A stretch of DNA of 63,976 nucleotides, counting the filler, from Candidatus Fermentibacterota bacterium (GTDB lineage: Bacteria > JAFGKV01): assembly GCA_016928395.1 (NCBI GenBank). It is 8 parts of 8 records of this genome, joined end to end, with 100 filler letters (N's around TTAATTAATTAA, not from the genome) between each part and the next. Parts side by side here need not be neighbours in the genome. Positions count along the whole stretch, not along the records: positions 1 to 8,650 come from JAFGKV010000321.1; positions 8,751 to 18,004 come from JAFGKV010000322.1; 6 more parts are not named here. One strand, written 5' to 3'. Shown one piece after another: positions 1-9,121 of the stretch (position 1 is its first letter; every line of letters begins with the position of its first letter). Made by a program: the position numbers and the translations under genes. The notes under the pieces are model-generated. The model was not told the DNA's origin. It made no database searches and saw only the letters and a list, made by a program, of their open reading frames with translations.

Positions 1-366
1 ATGGATGGATGGACGAATGGACGCTTCGCTCCGCTCGCAGTTCATGACTGTCGACTGCCTACTGCCGACTGCCGTCTGGTTCAGCCCCGCAGGGCAAGGC
101 ACACCGTGGCGAAGGAATGCAGAGCGTACGCTCCATTCCTTCGTCACTTGTTACCCTTTGAGCCCTTGGAGTCTTTGTGGTGAATTGTCTTCTCTGTGAC
201 CTCTGTGCCTCTGTGGTAAGTCCCCCGCCCTCCTTTGCGAGCTTGGCGGCCTTGCGTGAGATGCCTGCTTCGCCTTTCCTGCGCAGCTTGGTCCCGCACC
301 TCTGGATACTGGGGCAGGCCGGACTGCCGACCTCTTCACTTCTTTACTTCCCTCTAGGAGTTCTCC

Positions 367-987
367 ATGCTTGATTTCCTGTCGAAGGCCGGCCCGCTCA
401 TCTATCCGCTGGGCCTATGCAGCCTCGTCGCCGTTACCATCACCATCGAGCGCCTCTGGGCCCTGCAGAGACGCCGCGTTCTCCCCCGGGAGATCGTGGA
501 GGTCGTGGAGGCGGTTCGCCCCGACCGGGATGTATCGTTAGCCGTCGAAGTGTGCCGTCGGAATCCCGGCGTGTTCTCCAACATCATGCGCAAAGGGCTT
601 GAACTGATCGGGGAGCCCTGGGAGATCATGCGCGACGCGGTGATGGATGTCGGTCGCCAGGAGACGACAATGCTGCAGCGCCATCTGGTGTGGCTGCAGA
701 CCGTGGCCCAGGCGGCGCCGCTCCTTGGTCTTCTGGGAACCGTGACCGGCATGATCAAGCTCTTCGGCGCCATTTCCCTCTCCGGCCTTGGGGATCCCCA
801 GGCCCTCTCAGAGGGGATCAGCGAAGCGATTCTCACCACGGCGGTGGGGCTCGCCATCGGCATCCCGACTCTGGTCGCCTATAACCTCCTCACCGCACGG
901 TCGGAGGCACTGGTGACGGAGATCGAGGCCCATGCCAGCGCTCTGGTGCAGCGGGTGCGGCACGGTCAACAGGGGGTCGCGTCATGA
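367..987 (+). CDS. exbB: MotA/TolQ/ExbB proton channel family protein
   Basis: 206 aa; N-terminal TM plus APLLGLLGTVTGMI...F and GISEAILTTAVGLAIGIP motifs; AGGAG RBS; ATGA overlap with next gene. Confidence 0.9.
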   Translation: MLDFLSKAGPLIYPLGLCSLVAVTITIERLWALQRRRVLPREIVEVVEAVRPDRDVSLAVEVCRRNPGVFSNIMRKGLELIGEPWEIMRDAVMDVGRQETTMLQRHLVWLQTVAQAAPLLGLLGTVTGMIKLFGAISLSGLGDPQALSEGISEAILTTAVGLAIGIPTLVAYNLLTARSEALVTEIEAHASALVQRVRHGQQGVAS

Positions 988-1436
988 GCGGCATGGTCTT
1001 CGCGCCGCCGAGGCGCCAGAACAGCGTGGTGCTGAACATCACGCCCCTGGTGGATGTGCTTTTCCTTCTGATCATCTTCTTCACCGTGGCCGGCACCTTC
1101 AAACGCACGGGCGCTCTTGAGCTGCGTCTGCCCGACTCGACGACCTCCACGCCGGTGGATGCGGGAACCGAGGAACAGGAGGTCCAGGTCGTGCTGACCG
1201 AGACGGGTGACCTGCTGCTTGATGGTTCCCATACGGAGCGAGGCGAATTGAGCGCCCGACTGCGATCGATGCGCGCAGAGAATCCCACGCGACGGGTCAT
1301 GATCAAGGCCGAGACGGGGGTTCGCCACGGCGACGTGGTGGGGCTGCTGGACATCGTGCGCGAGGCCGGCTTCCCGGGAGTCGGCATCGCGACGCTCCAG
1401 GCTCTGCCCTCTCAGCCCGCCCGCCCCGCCTCCTGA
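984..1436 (+). CDS. exbD: ExbD/TolR biopolymer transport protein
   Basis: LNITPLVDVLFLLIIFF TM motif with conserved Asp; C-terminal V.IKAE..V.HG.VV..LD; coupled to exbB. Confidence 0.92.
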   Translation: MSGMVFAPPRRQNSVVLNITPLVDVLFLLIIFFTVAGTFKRTGALELRLPDSTTSTPVDAGTEEQEVQVVLTETGDLLLDGSHTERGELSARLRSMRAENPTRRVMIKAETGVRHGDVVGLLDIVREAGFPGVGIATLQALPSQPARPAS

Positions 1437-1440
1437 ATCT

Positions 1441-1500
1441 GGTTTCAGTCGGGCCTCTGAGGGCGCCGGCGCACTCAGGTCTTTCAAGGGTGAGAGCACG
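1441..1500 (+). repeat. Dispersed ~65-70 bp MITE-like repeat (family A), copy
   Basis: ttcagtcgggcctctgagggcgccggcgcactcaggtctttcaagggtgagagcacg aligns with 32323-32384, 54899-54970, reverse of 61630-61692 and a diverged copy at 8811-8867. Confidence 0.8.
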
Positions 1501-1758
1501 GCCGGCAGTTGGCTATCGGCCCGCCCAGCGCTACGAGGAAACGTTGCCTCGTAGGAGCGATTGTCCGTTGCCCGCCGGGGCTGCTCATACATAGGGAAAC
1601 TTCTGAGCCTCTTACGAAACCCTGGTGGCGTCGCGGTCGGGACGAAGCCCGCCCCTCCAGAGCGACCAGGGGACAGGGTATCTTTCCCGAATGGAGGGAC
1701 GACCTCTGCGTCGTCCGTTGCGTTTCGCACGAGGCTATTCTGATGAAGTTACCGGTTA

Positions 1759-1830
1759 GTGGGGGCCCCGGGCCCGCCCGGACGATACGCGGTGCAACTT
1801 CCGGTGCCGCGGCGGGAAGTTACAGCTTAG
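1759..1830 (+). repeat. 72-bp dispersed repeat (family B), copy 1
   Basis: 71/72 identical to the reverse complement of 17918-17989; internal hairpin aacttcc...ggaagtt. Confidence 0.92.
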
Positions 1831-1979
1831 TTGAGGCAGGTTGGGTTGCTGCCCATTTCCATGCGCCGCGTGGGACCGCCCGGACACCGCTGGATACCCG
1901 ACGCCCGATGTCCGCGTAGCCGAATGGTCGTACGATGCGGGTGGATGGGTGCCTTGCCCCACCCCGCCGAGCCCCATCC

Positions 1980-2009
1980 GGCCACTATTCTAACGTGAGA
2001 ATAGTGGCC
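1980..2009. repeat. AT-rich palindrome with 12-bp arms (family C core)
   Basis: ggccactattct-aacgtg-agaatagtggcc; core CTATTCT-N6-AGAATAG recurs at 44740-44759. Confidence 0.75.
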
Positions 2010-2074
2010 TTTGACCGACCAGCAGTGCCCGTTCAGGCCAGGGCATTCCCCATGCGCGCCGACATCCCCCCACA

Positions 2075-2156
2075 CGGAAGATTATCGATTAAAGATTTGA
2101 CCCCGCCCCCTGATGCGGAAGATTATCGATTAAAGATTTGACCCCGCCCCCTGATG
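2075..2156. repeat. Perfect 41-bp tandem duplication (2 copies)
   Basis: cggaagattatcgattaaagatttgaccccgccccctgatg at 2075-2115 and 2116-2156, no spacer. Confidence 0.95.
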
Positions 2157-2180
2157 CTGTTCGCCCTGTCACCCTTGCCC

Positions 2181-3254
2181 TCACGGGGCGGGCTCGGCCG
2201 ATGCCGCCCGCGCCTCCACCGGGGTGTCGTGGGCCAAGGCGAAGTGACCGTCGACAATGACGATGTCTCCGGGAGACGCACCCTTGGCGACCTGCACGAC
2301 CCCGTGCCCCTTCTTCCCCAGCTCGACATACTCCCACTTTGCCCGGCCCCCTTTCACCACGAAGACCATCGGCCGTTCGGAACGCTGAAGGATGGCCCGC
2401 TCCGGCACCATCACCGCGTGCTCCACCACGCCGGTCTGCACCCGTACCTTGGCGTGCATCCCGGGTTTAGCCCCCGTTCCCGCCGCGCATGCGACATCGA
2501 CGCCGCAGCCTCTGGTCTCGGTGCTGATGGAGGGCGACACCGACAGCACGGCAGCGGCATACTCCGTATCCCCAAGGGCCGGGAAGCTCATCCAGCACGG
2601 AGCGCCTTCCCTTATGGCCGCGGCCTCCTCTTCGCCGACCGAGAGGCCGACCCTCAGCTTCGACACGTCCAACAGCCGGCACAGCGCCTGGCCGCGGTAG
2701 ACAAGAGATCCCTCACGGGTTGTCAGATCGGCCACGACGCAGGCAAACGGCGCCCTGATGATGGCGTTCTCCAGGGCCAGCTCGGCCTGGGCCTGGGCCA
2801 GCTCCGCCTCCTTGAGCCCCGTGGTGGTCTTCAGCATCTCCTTTGCGCTCTCAGGCGCGTTCGGCCGTTGCCGAACTTCGAACTCGTACTCCAGCCGGGC
2901 TTTTTCCACGTTCAGCCGGGCGCGCTCCATCGCCAATCGGTACGCCGCGGGGTCGATTTCATACACCACCTCACCCGTGAGGTACCGCCGGCCTTCCCGG
3001 TCTGGCGCCCGGAATACCCTCCCCTCGACCTGGGCCGCCAGGTCCACCTCACGCCAGGCCTTCACCTGGCCGGTGGCCTGCACCGTCAGGGGCATGATCC
3101 CCGCCCGCACCGTATCGACAATCACGGGTACCGCTGCCGCTGCTGCCGTGACCCGCTCCTTCGCCGGCGTCTTCTCTTTCTTCCCGCATCCGGCGATGAC
3201 CGCCACTCCCACGCAGATCATCGCTCCGCCCATGCGCGCGATTCGCCTGATCAT
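2181..3254 (-). CDS. RND efflux periplasmic adaptor (MFP), lipoprotein
   Basis: Lipobox VIAGC; lipoyl half-motifs (LAAQVEGRV, IRAPFACVV), alpha-hairpin, KPGMHAKV and VPERAI motifs; downstream of two RND subunits. Confidence 0.9.
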   Translation of the reverse strand: MIRRIARMGGAMICVGVAVIAGCGKKEKTPAKERVTAAAAAVPVIVDTVRAGIMPLTVQATGQVKAWREVDLAAQVEGRVFRAPDREGRRYLTGEVVYEIDPAAYRLAMERARLNVEKARLEYEFEVRQRPNAPESAKEMLKTTTGLKEAELAQAQAELALENAIIRAPFACVVADLTTREGSLVYRGQALCRLLDVSKLRVGLSVGEEEAAAIREGAPCWMSFPALGDTEYAAAVLSVSPSISTETRGCGVDVACAAGTGAKPGMHAKVRVQTGVVEHAVMVPERAILQRSERPMVFVVKGGRAKWEYVELGKKGHGVVQVAKGASPGDIVIVDGHFALAHDTPVEARAASAEPAP

Positions 3255-3299
3255 TGCTCGATTCCCCTTTCCCGCTCTATCGCGACATCTTCGGTTCCG

Positions 3300-3390
3300 C
3301 CGTCGTTCGTGCCATCGCTATCGCTATCGCTTTCGCCCTCGCTATCGGCCTCTCCCCTCGATCCCGACTCCGACCCCGATAGCGATTGGG
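3300..3390. repeat. Hexamer-based (ATCGCT/CGATAG/CGACCC) intergenic fold-back repeat
   Basis: Core cctc.cccctcgat..cga..ccgaccccgatagcgat shared with 6550-6588; related tract at 32480-32520. Confidence 0.7.
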
Positions 3391-3420
3391 AAGCCTCAGT
3401 CTCATCCCTCTCGCCATCCC

Positions 3421-6400
3421 TCATCCCGCCCGCCCCTCGTCCCGCAGGGTCAGCCGCAGCACCGCCGGCACGACGGTCATCACCAGCGGCGTGGAGACCA
3501 CCAGCCCGGCGATGGCGGTGAACGCCAGGGTGCTCCAGAGGGTTGCCCCGCTCTGTGCGGCGACCGCCAATGGCACCATGCCTGAGGCAGTAGTCAAGGT
3601 CGTGATGAGCACCGGCCTCGTTCGTTCACGGATGGCCCCTTCGATTGCCTCATGACTGCTGGATCCCTCTCCGCGCAGCCTTCGCACCGCGTCAACTAAG
3701 AGAATCGCGTTGTTCACCGCGATGCCGACGAGGAAGATCGCACCGACATAGGCCTCGGGGGTGAACGTTCGGCCGAAGGCCCAGTACGCTCCCGCGACGC
3801 CCACCACGGCCAGGGGAATGGCCAGCATCACAACCAGAGGCAACGTCAGCGAGTCAAATAGGGTCGCGGTCACCATGAACACCACGACCACGGCCGCCGC
3901 GACGAACAGGCCCAACGCCCCGGTTCCCGTGTCCTGGAAACGACGCCAGCGTTCCATCGGATCGGCGATGCGGTAGCCGGGTGGTAGCGCGAGGTTCTCT
4001 ATCACCCCCTTGTGAAACTCCGAGGCCATGCCGGGTGGTCCGAGAAACGTGTAGCCAACCTGGCGGATATACTCGCCATTGTTCCGCTCTACCTCGATCT
4101 GCACCGCTTCGCTCTCCATGTGAAAGACATCGCCGATGGCCAGCCCCGCCCCGTAGCCCGCCGCGGGGGCGGCAGCCACGTCGGCCACGGCAGGGTACCG
4201 GGCGCCGTCCACGGTGAATCGAAGGTAGAGATCATCCTCCCCGGCCCGGATCCTGCCGCCGGATCTGGCGCCCATTTCGTGCATGGCGGCCCAGAGGCCC
4301 TGGTGCACCGGAAGCCCCTCGGCTGCCATCCTGTCCCTCCACGGCGTCAGCACCATCTGGTGTCGGGATGATCCGACGCCGCCGGTGGCATTGATGTCGG
4401 TGCCGCGAACCCGGGGGTGATTCTCCAATAGCGCCGCGACACCCCTCGCCAACTGTTTTAGGCCTTGGTAGTCGAAGCCTCGCAGCTCGATGGTGCTCTG
4501 CAGGCCGATGCCGTGGGAGCCGCTGTAGTACGGGAACGGACTGACCCCTCCGACGCTCACGCTCTTCGCCCCGGCGATGCCGGCGGCCACGGCGACCAGT
4601 CGCGACTCGATCTCGAACGCTCTCCCTGACTCGGCAGCATCGTCATCCAGGTAGCCCATGACCTGGCCGGCCTCTCCGCTCACCGATGCGACATAGTAGG
4701 CCACCCCCTCTTCCGAGGCCAGGGCAGACTCGAAGCGGCGTATCTGGCCATCCAGGATCCTCTGGGGCGTACCGGGGGGCATGGTGAGGTAGGCGTAGAC
4801 CGTCTTCCCCTCCCGGCGGAAGCTCCACTCTCGGCCATGGTGTACCTTGGTGATCAGCACCCACCATGCGCCGCCCACCAGCAGCAGTCCCGAAGCTACG
4901 CCGACCCACGGGTGTCGTGACAGTCCAACGGTGACGCCGGCCAGGGCAGCGTCAAAGGGCCGGCCGCGGCACCATGCCAGGCCGAATCTCGATGCCAGAG
5001 TCGGTACCAGCGTGAGGCTCACCAGGTAGCTGGCCGCCAAAGTCATGCACACCGTGAAGGCGAACGGCGCATAGTAGAGCTTGAGGGTTCCCTGGCTTGC
5101 CACGAGAGGGCCCAGGGCCACCGCGGTGGTCAGGATGGATCCGGCAATGGGCGCGGCCACGGTGCGAACGCTCTGCACCGATGACCGCAGCGGGGAGGCT
5201 CCCCCCCGCCGGTGGATGGCCACGGCCTCGGTCACCACGATGGCGCCGTCCACCAGAAGCCCGAACCCCAGGGCCAAGGCGGTGATGGTGAGCACATTCA
5301 CCGAGATCCCGGCCCAGTACATGGCCGTGACGGTCAGAGTCGCGGAGAAGAGGATCGTGGAGAAGACCACAACTGCTGCGTGAAACGACGGGTAGAACAG
5401 GAGGAGCGATGCGAGGATCAAGCCCAGGCTGACGGCCGATCGGGTGCGCAGGTCCGCCAGGTCGCTGCGAACCTTGCGGGTGTCGTCATACTCCAGCGAC
5501 AGGGTCGTCCCCGCGGGCAGCTCCCGGCGAAGCTCCGCCACGGCCGCCTCGACGCGCCGGGCGATGCGGAGCGCATTCCCCTGGGGCGCGCGTTCCACGG
5601 CGAGGCCGATATGGCTTGTGCCGTTGTAGCGGATGACATACGGTTCATCGCCGACACCCCGCCGGATCGAGGCGATATCGGCCAGGCGGACCGTGGTGGG
5701 GCCGCTGCGGCAGATTACCACCTCGCCGAGATCCTTCAGGTCGCCGGATCCGGCCGTGAGCCGAAGGTGCGTGTCTCTCCCCTCGTGCCGAGCCAGGCCG
5801 ACCCCGCGGTCGAGCCGTCCCGTGGCCAGTGCGGCGGCAACCCCCGCCGCAGACAGGCCCAGACGACGCAGCTCCACCCGGCGCAGGTCGATGACCGCCT
5901 CCTGCTGCGGGGTGCCGGAAATGGTCACCCCTGCCACGCCGTCGATCCGCTGAAGGCGTGGGGCGATGATCTCCTGGGCCAGCCGCGTCAACTCCAGAGC
6001 CCCGGCGTCTCCGGCCAGGCTGTAGATCAGGAAACCTCTGGTTCGCAGCTCCGTGGGTACGAAGGGCCGCACCCGGGGCGGGCGCACGCCCGGAGGAAGC
6101 TCGCCCATGAGCCCGGCGATGCGTTCTCCCACCTCCATGGCCGCCATGTCCATATCGGTTCCCTTGGCGAAGGATGCCGTGATGCGCGCTGTGCCGAATC
6201 CCGACGTGCTGGAGATCTCCTCCAGCCCTTCCACGGCCCTCACCGCGCCCTCCACGAGACGGGTGACCCGCTCGCACACGGCCTCGGGGCTGGCGCCGGG
6301 CCACTGGGCCTCCACGGTCAGGGTCGGCATGGAGAGCTTGGGAGTCCCCTCAACCGGGATCCGTGCGACGGAGACCGCGCCCAGAACGGCAATGGCGACA

Positions 6401-6477
6401 TAGAGAACCGTCAGGCCCCTGGGCCGGCTCAACACGGCCTGGGCGAGCCCTCCTTTGTCGGACGGCGTGCCGCTCAC
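3421..6477 (-). CDS. RND (AcrB/AcrD/AcrF family) permease subunit
   Basis: 1018 aa; WPGASPEAV, GLLVDGAIVVTE (TM4), GIAVNNAILLVD (TM10), RTRPVLITTLTT (TM11). Confidence 0.93.
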   Translation of the reverse strand: MSGTPSDKGGLAQAVLSRPRGLTVLYVAIAVLGAVSVARIPVEGTPKLSMPTLTVEAQWPGASPEAVCERVTRLVEGAVRAVEGLEEISSTSGFGTARITASFAKGTDMDMAAMEVGERIAGLMGELPPGVRPPRVRPFVPTELRTRGFLIYSLAGDAGALELTRLAQEIIAPRLQRIDGVAGVTISGTPQQEAVIDLRRVELRRLGLSAAGVAAALATGRLDRGVGLARHEGRDTHLRLTAGSGDLKDLGEVVICRSGPTTVRLADIASIRRGVGDEPYVIRYNGTSHIGLAVERAPQGNALRIARRVEAAVAELRRELPAGTTLSLEYDDTRKVRSDLADLRTRSAVSLGLILASLLLFYPSFHAAVVVFSTILFSATLTVTAMYWAGISVNVLTITALALGFGLLVDGAIVVTEAVAIHRRGGASPLRSSVQSVRTVAAPIAGSILTTAVALGPLVASQGTLKLYYAPFAFTVCMTLAASYLVSLTLVPTLASRFGLAWCRGRPFDAALAGVTVGLSRHPWVGVASGLLLVGGAWWVLITKVHHGREWSFRREGKTVYAYLTMPPGTPQRILDGQIRRFESALASEEGVAYYVASVSGEAGQVMGYLDDDAAESGRAFEIESRLVAVAAGIAGAKSVSVGGVSPFPYYSGSHGIGLQSTIELRGFDYQGLKQLARGVAALLENHPRVRGTDINATGGVGSSRHQMVLTPWRDRMAAEGLPVHQGLWAAMHEMGARSGGRIRAGEDDLYLRFTVDGARYPAVADVAAAPAAGYGAGLAIGDVFHMESEAVQIEVERNNGEYIRQVGYTFLGPPGMASEFHKGVIENLALPPGYRIADPMERWRRFQDTGTGALGLFVAAAVVVVFMVTATLFDSLTLPLVVMLAIPLAVVGVAGAYWAFGRTFTPEAYVGAIFLVGIAVNNAILLVDAVRRLRGEGSSSHEAIEGAIRERTRPVLITTLTTASGMVPLAVAAQSGATLWSTLAFTAIAGLVVSTPLVMTVVPAVLRLTLRDEGRAG

Positions 6478-6529
6478 GGTTCACCGTTCACAATAGAGCC
6501 GCCCACGCCTCCCCCTTTCGCAGAGGAAT

Positions 6530-6655
6530 CGGTTTCGATTTCGTGCTCAGCCTCCCCCCTCGATAGCGATACCGACCCCGATAGCGATCGAGAACCCGCC
6601 GCTCTGTTGTTATCGGAATCGATATCGCTATCGCTTTCGATATCGATATCGACCT
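6530..6655. repeat. Hexamer-based intergenic fold-back repeat, second copy
   Basis: cgatagcgataccgaccccgatagcgat followed by complementary atcgctatcgctttcgatatcgatatcg. Confidence 0.7.
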
Positions 6656-6685
6656 CTGCACCGCTGACTCCTCACCCCGCACCCC

Positions 6686-8650
6686 TCACGTCTGCTTCGC
6701 CTTCCCCGCGAACGTAAGATGCAGCGCCGGCACCAGCAGCAGGGTCAGCGCCGTCGCGACGATGATCCCCGCGAGAATGGTGACTGCCAGCCCCGTGCGC
6801 AGCTCTGCACCCTCTCCCAGTCCCAGCGCCATGGGAAGCAGCCCCAGCGCCGTGGTGGCAGTGGTCATGATCACCGGCCTGAAGCGGGTCTGAGCCGCAT
6901 CGACGACCGCGGCGCGAAGGTCAAGGCCCTCAGCCAGGGCCTGGCGCGTTCGGTCGACCAGCAGGATGGCGTCATTGTCCACGATTCCGGCCAAGACCAC
7001 AATCCCGATGCCGCTGACGATGCCGAGGCTCGTGCCCGTGATGAGCAGCCCCGCCATCACGCCGACCAATCCCATGGGCACGGTGAACATGACCACGAAC
7101 GGCAGCCTGAACGATTCGAACTCGAAGACCATGACCGCGAACTGCAACCCGATGGCCAGCAATCCCGCGACTATGAGGCTGTTCAGCGAACGTCTCATCT
7201 CCGCAGCTTCGGGCCCCAGGCCTATCCGGGTGTTCCTCGCCGTGGGAGCGAACCGCTCCGCAACGGCGCCGATCTCCCGGGCCGCCCGGGCGATATTCGC
7301 GCCCTTCACATCCACGAGAATGCGCACCGTTCGCTCACCGTTGACGTGCTCGATCTCCCCGGGGACGGTCTTCTGTCGGCAGCGCAGGAATCGCCGCAGG
7401 GGCACCAGTCCGTGATGGGTGGCCACCGGATAGGCCAGCACTTCCTCCCACGCGGCGCCTTCACCCTCTCCCGCCAGGAGGATGACCTCGATCCTGTCTT
7501 CTTCCCGGTAGTAGGTGGTGGCGATGGTGCCGCGCGCCACGCTTTGGATTGCGTCAGCCACCGCCGAGGGGGCCAGCCCCGCCGATGACACGAGATCGAG
7601 GTCTACCGCACACCGGAACTCGGGAATCCCGCTGGGCCACCGCACCTCGGCCTGCTGAATCATCGGCAGACCCGCGACGTGATGCCGGACCTCCTCCGCT
7701 TCCTCCCGGAGGGTCGTCACATTGTCGCCGGTGACCAGCACCGAAAGATCGTGGGGCCCGGAACCGAGGATATCGCCCAGGAGCGTGACGCGTCGTTTCC
7801 ACGTGATCGATCCGGCCACGCCTGCCCATGCCTCCGCCAGCCGGGGGCCCATCTCCGCGGTCTCCATCGAGCCGTCGCCGTAGGCCGTGATCAGCGCGTC
7901 CACCGCCTCCTGATTCCCGCGCAGTCCTACCCGCGCCAGAGTCTGTCGAACGCCGGGCGTGGCGAAAAACCGCCGTTCCATCCGTTCGGTGACCCGCGCC
8001 AGCTCGTCGAACGGCATGCCGGGCTCCGTGGAGACCTCGACATCCACCGCGCCGGTGTCCTCCACGGGGAGGAGTTCGACGGGAAGGAACCGTCCGGCGG
8101 CCAGAGATGCGGCCAGCAGCGTCGCCGACACGGTGAACACCGCGGGCCGATGATCCAGCACCCAGGTCAATGCACGGAGGTAGGGGGCGCGCAGGGGTGC
8201 GAGCATGTCTCTCGCGCCGGCTGAGGCCGCGCGAGGCGAGAGACGGATGCGTGACGCCAGCGCGGGCACGAGGGTCAGCGCGACCAGCAGGCTGGCCAGC
8301 AGGGCGAAAGTGACTGCCAGGGCCTGATCCCGGAAGATCTGCCCGGCGACGCCTTCGACGTAGATCACCGGAAGGAAGACCACAAGATTGGTCAGGGTTC
8401 CCCCGATGATGGCCCCGGCCACCTCTGTGGTGCCGGTGAGGGCGGCCTGCCGGGCATCGAGCCCCATCTCCCGCCGACGGTGGATCGCTTCCAGCACCAC
8501 GATGCTATTGTCCACCAGCAGGCCGACGCCCAACGCGAGCCCGCCCAGAGACATGACGTTCAGGCTGATCCCCGCGGCATAGAGCCCGATGAAGGCGACC
8601 ACGACGCTCAAGGGGATGGTAATGCCCATGAGTAATGGGCTGCGCCAGTC
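6686..8650 (-). CDS. RND permease subunit, 5'-truncated by contig end
   Basis: LNVMSLGGLALGVGLLVDNSIVVLE, GIVDNDAILLVD, RFRPVIMTTATT; frame runs into the N gap. Confidence 0.92.
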   Translation of the reverse strand, partial: DWRSPLLMGITIPLSVVVAFIGLYAAGISLNVMSLGGLALGVGLLVDNSIVVLEAIHRRREMGLDARQAALTGTTEVAGAIIGGTLTNLVVFLPVIYVEGVAGQIFRDQALAVTFALLASLLVALTLVPALASRIRLSPRAASAGARDMLAPLRAPYLRALTWVLDHRPAVFTVSATLLAASLAAGRFLPVELLPVEDTGAVDVEVSTEPGMPFDELARVTERMERRFFATPGVRQTLARVGLRGNQEAVDALITAYGDGSMETAEMGPRLAEAWAGVAGSITWKRRVTLLGDILGSGPHDLSVLVTGDNVTTLREEAEEVRHHVAGLPMIQQAEVRWPSGIPEFRCAVDLDLVSSAGLAPSAVADAIQSVARGTIATTYYREEDRIEVILLAGEGEGAAWEEVLAYPVATHHGLVPLRRFLRCRQKTVPGEIEHVNGERTVRILVDVKGANIARAAREIGAVAERFAPTARNTRIGLGPEAAEMRRSLNSLIVAGLLAIGLQFAVMVFEFESFRLPFVVMFTVPMGLVGVMAGLLITGTSLGIVSGIGIVVLAGIVDNDAILLVDRTRQALAEGLDLRAAVVDAAQTRFRPVIMTTATTALGLLPMALGLGEGAELRTGLAVTILAGIIVATALTLLLVPALHLTFAGKAKQT

Positions 8651-8810
8651 NNNNNNNNNNNNNNNNNNNNNNNNNNNNNNNNNNNNNNNNNNNNTTAATT
8701 AATTAANNNNNNNNNNNNNNNNNNNNNNNNNNNNNNNNNNNNNNNNNNNNTCGGAGCCGCAGCTCCGAGTACGAGTATTCCGAGTACGAGTATGAGTACG
8801 AGGTCAGGAT

Positions 8811-8867
8811 GTACTCTCAAACAAGTGCGGCCTCTGAACAACGCGGCGCCGTCAGATTTCTCAGGGT
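8811..8867 (+). repeat. Family A repeat, diverged copy with left terminal motif
   Basis: gtactctcaaacaagtgcggcctctga...gtcagatttctcaggg; preceded by GAGTAC simple repeats. Confidence 0.55.
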
Positions 8868-9121
8868 CGCGCTCGCGCTCGGCCGGGAGTCCGGCTGTCT
8901 GATCTCCGTTCTGATGCTCTCCCGTACAAGTCACGTCCCCGGCCGGCACGGACGATACGTGTGGTGACTTTGGGCATTACTGGGCAGGTCGCTCTCGCGA
9001 AGCGTATCCGGACCCTGCGTGGTCAAAGACCTGGGGCACTGTCGGCAAGTGAGTCCGTCTGACCGATTCTCGTCGTCTGATCCTAAAGAATGCAGACTTG
9101 TTCCTAGTCACGCGCTCCAGG

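Noticed and set aside
2075-2156. CRISPR array
   Set aside because: Only two abutting copies, no spacer, no cas genes.
2154-3585. Long plus-strand ORFs (455 aa, 275 aa) and similar ones such as 5212-6717, 22521-23561, 27877-29109, 42212-43396
   Set aside because: Antisense or off-frame shadows of well-supported genes in GC-rich DNA; no motifs.
8651-8750. N-runs with TTAATTAATTAA (also near 18005, 29322, 32092, 49753, 58360, 61320) as a biological repeat
   Set aside because: Identical 100-bp artificial contig linkers with stops in all six frames; adjacency across them and ORFs ending in X..LIN are artefacts.
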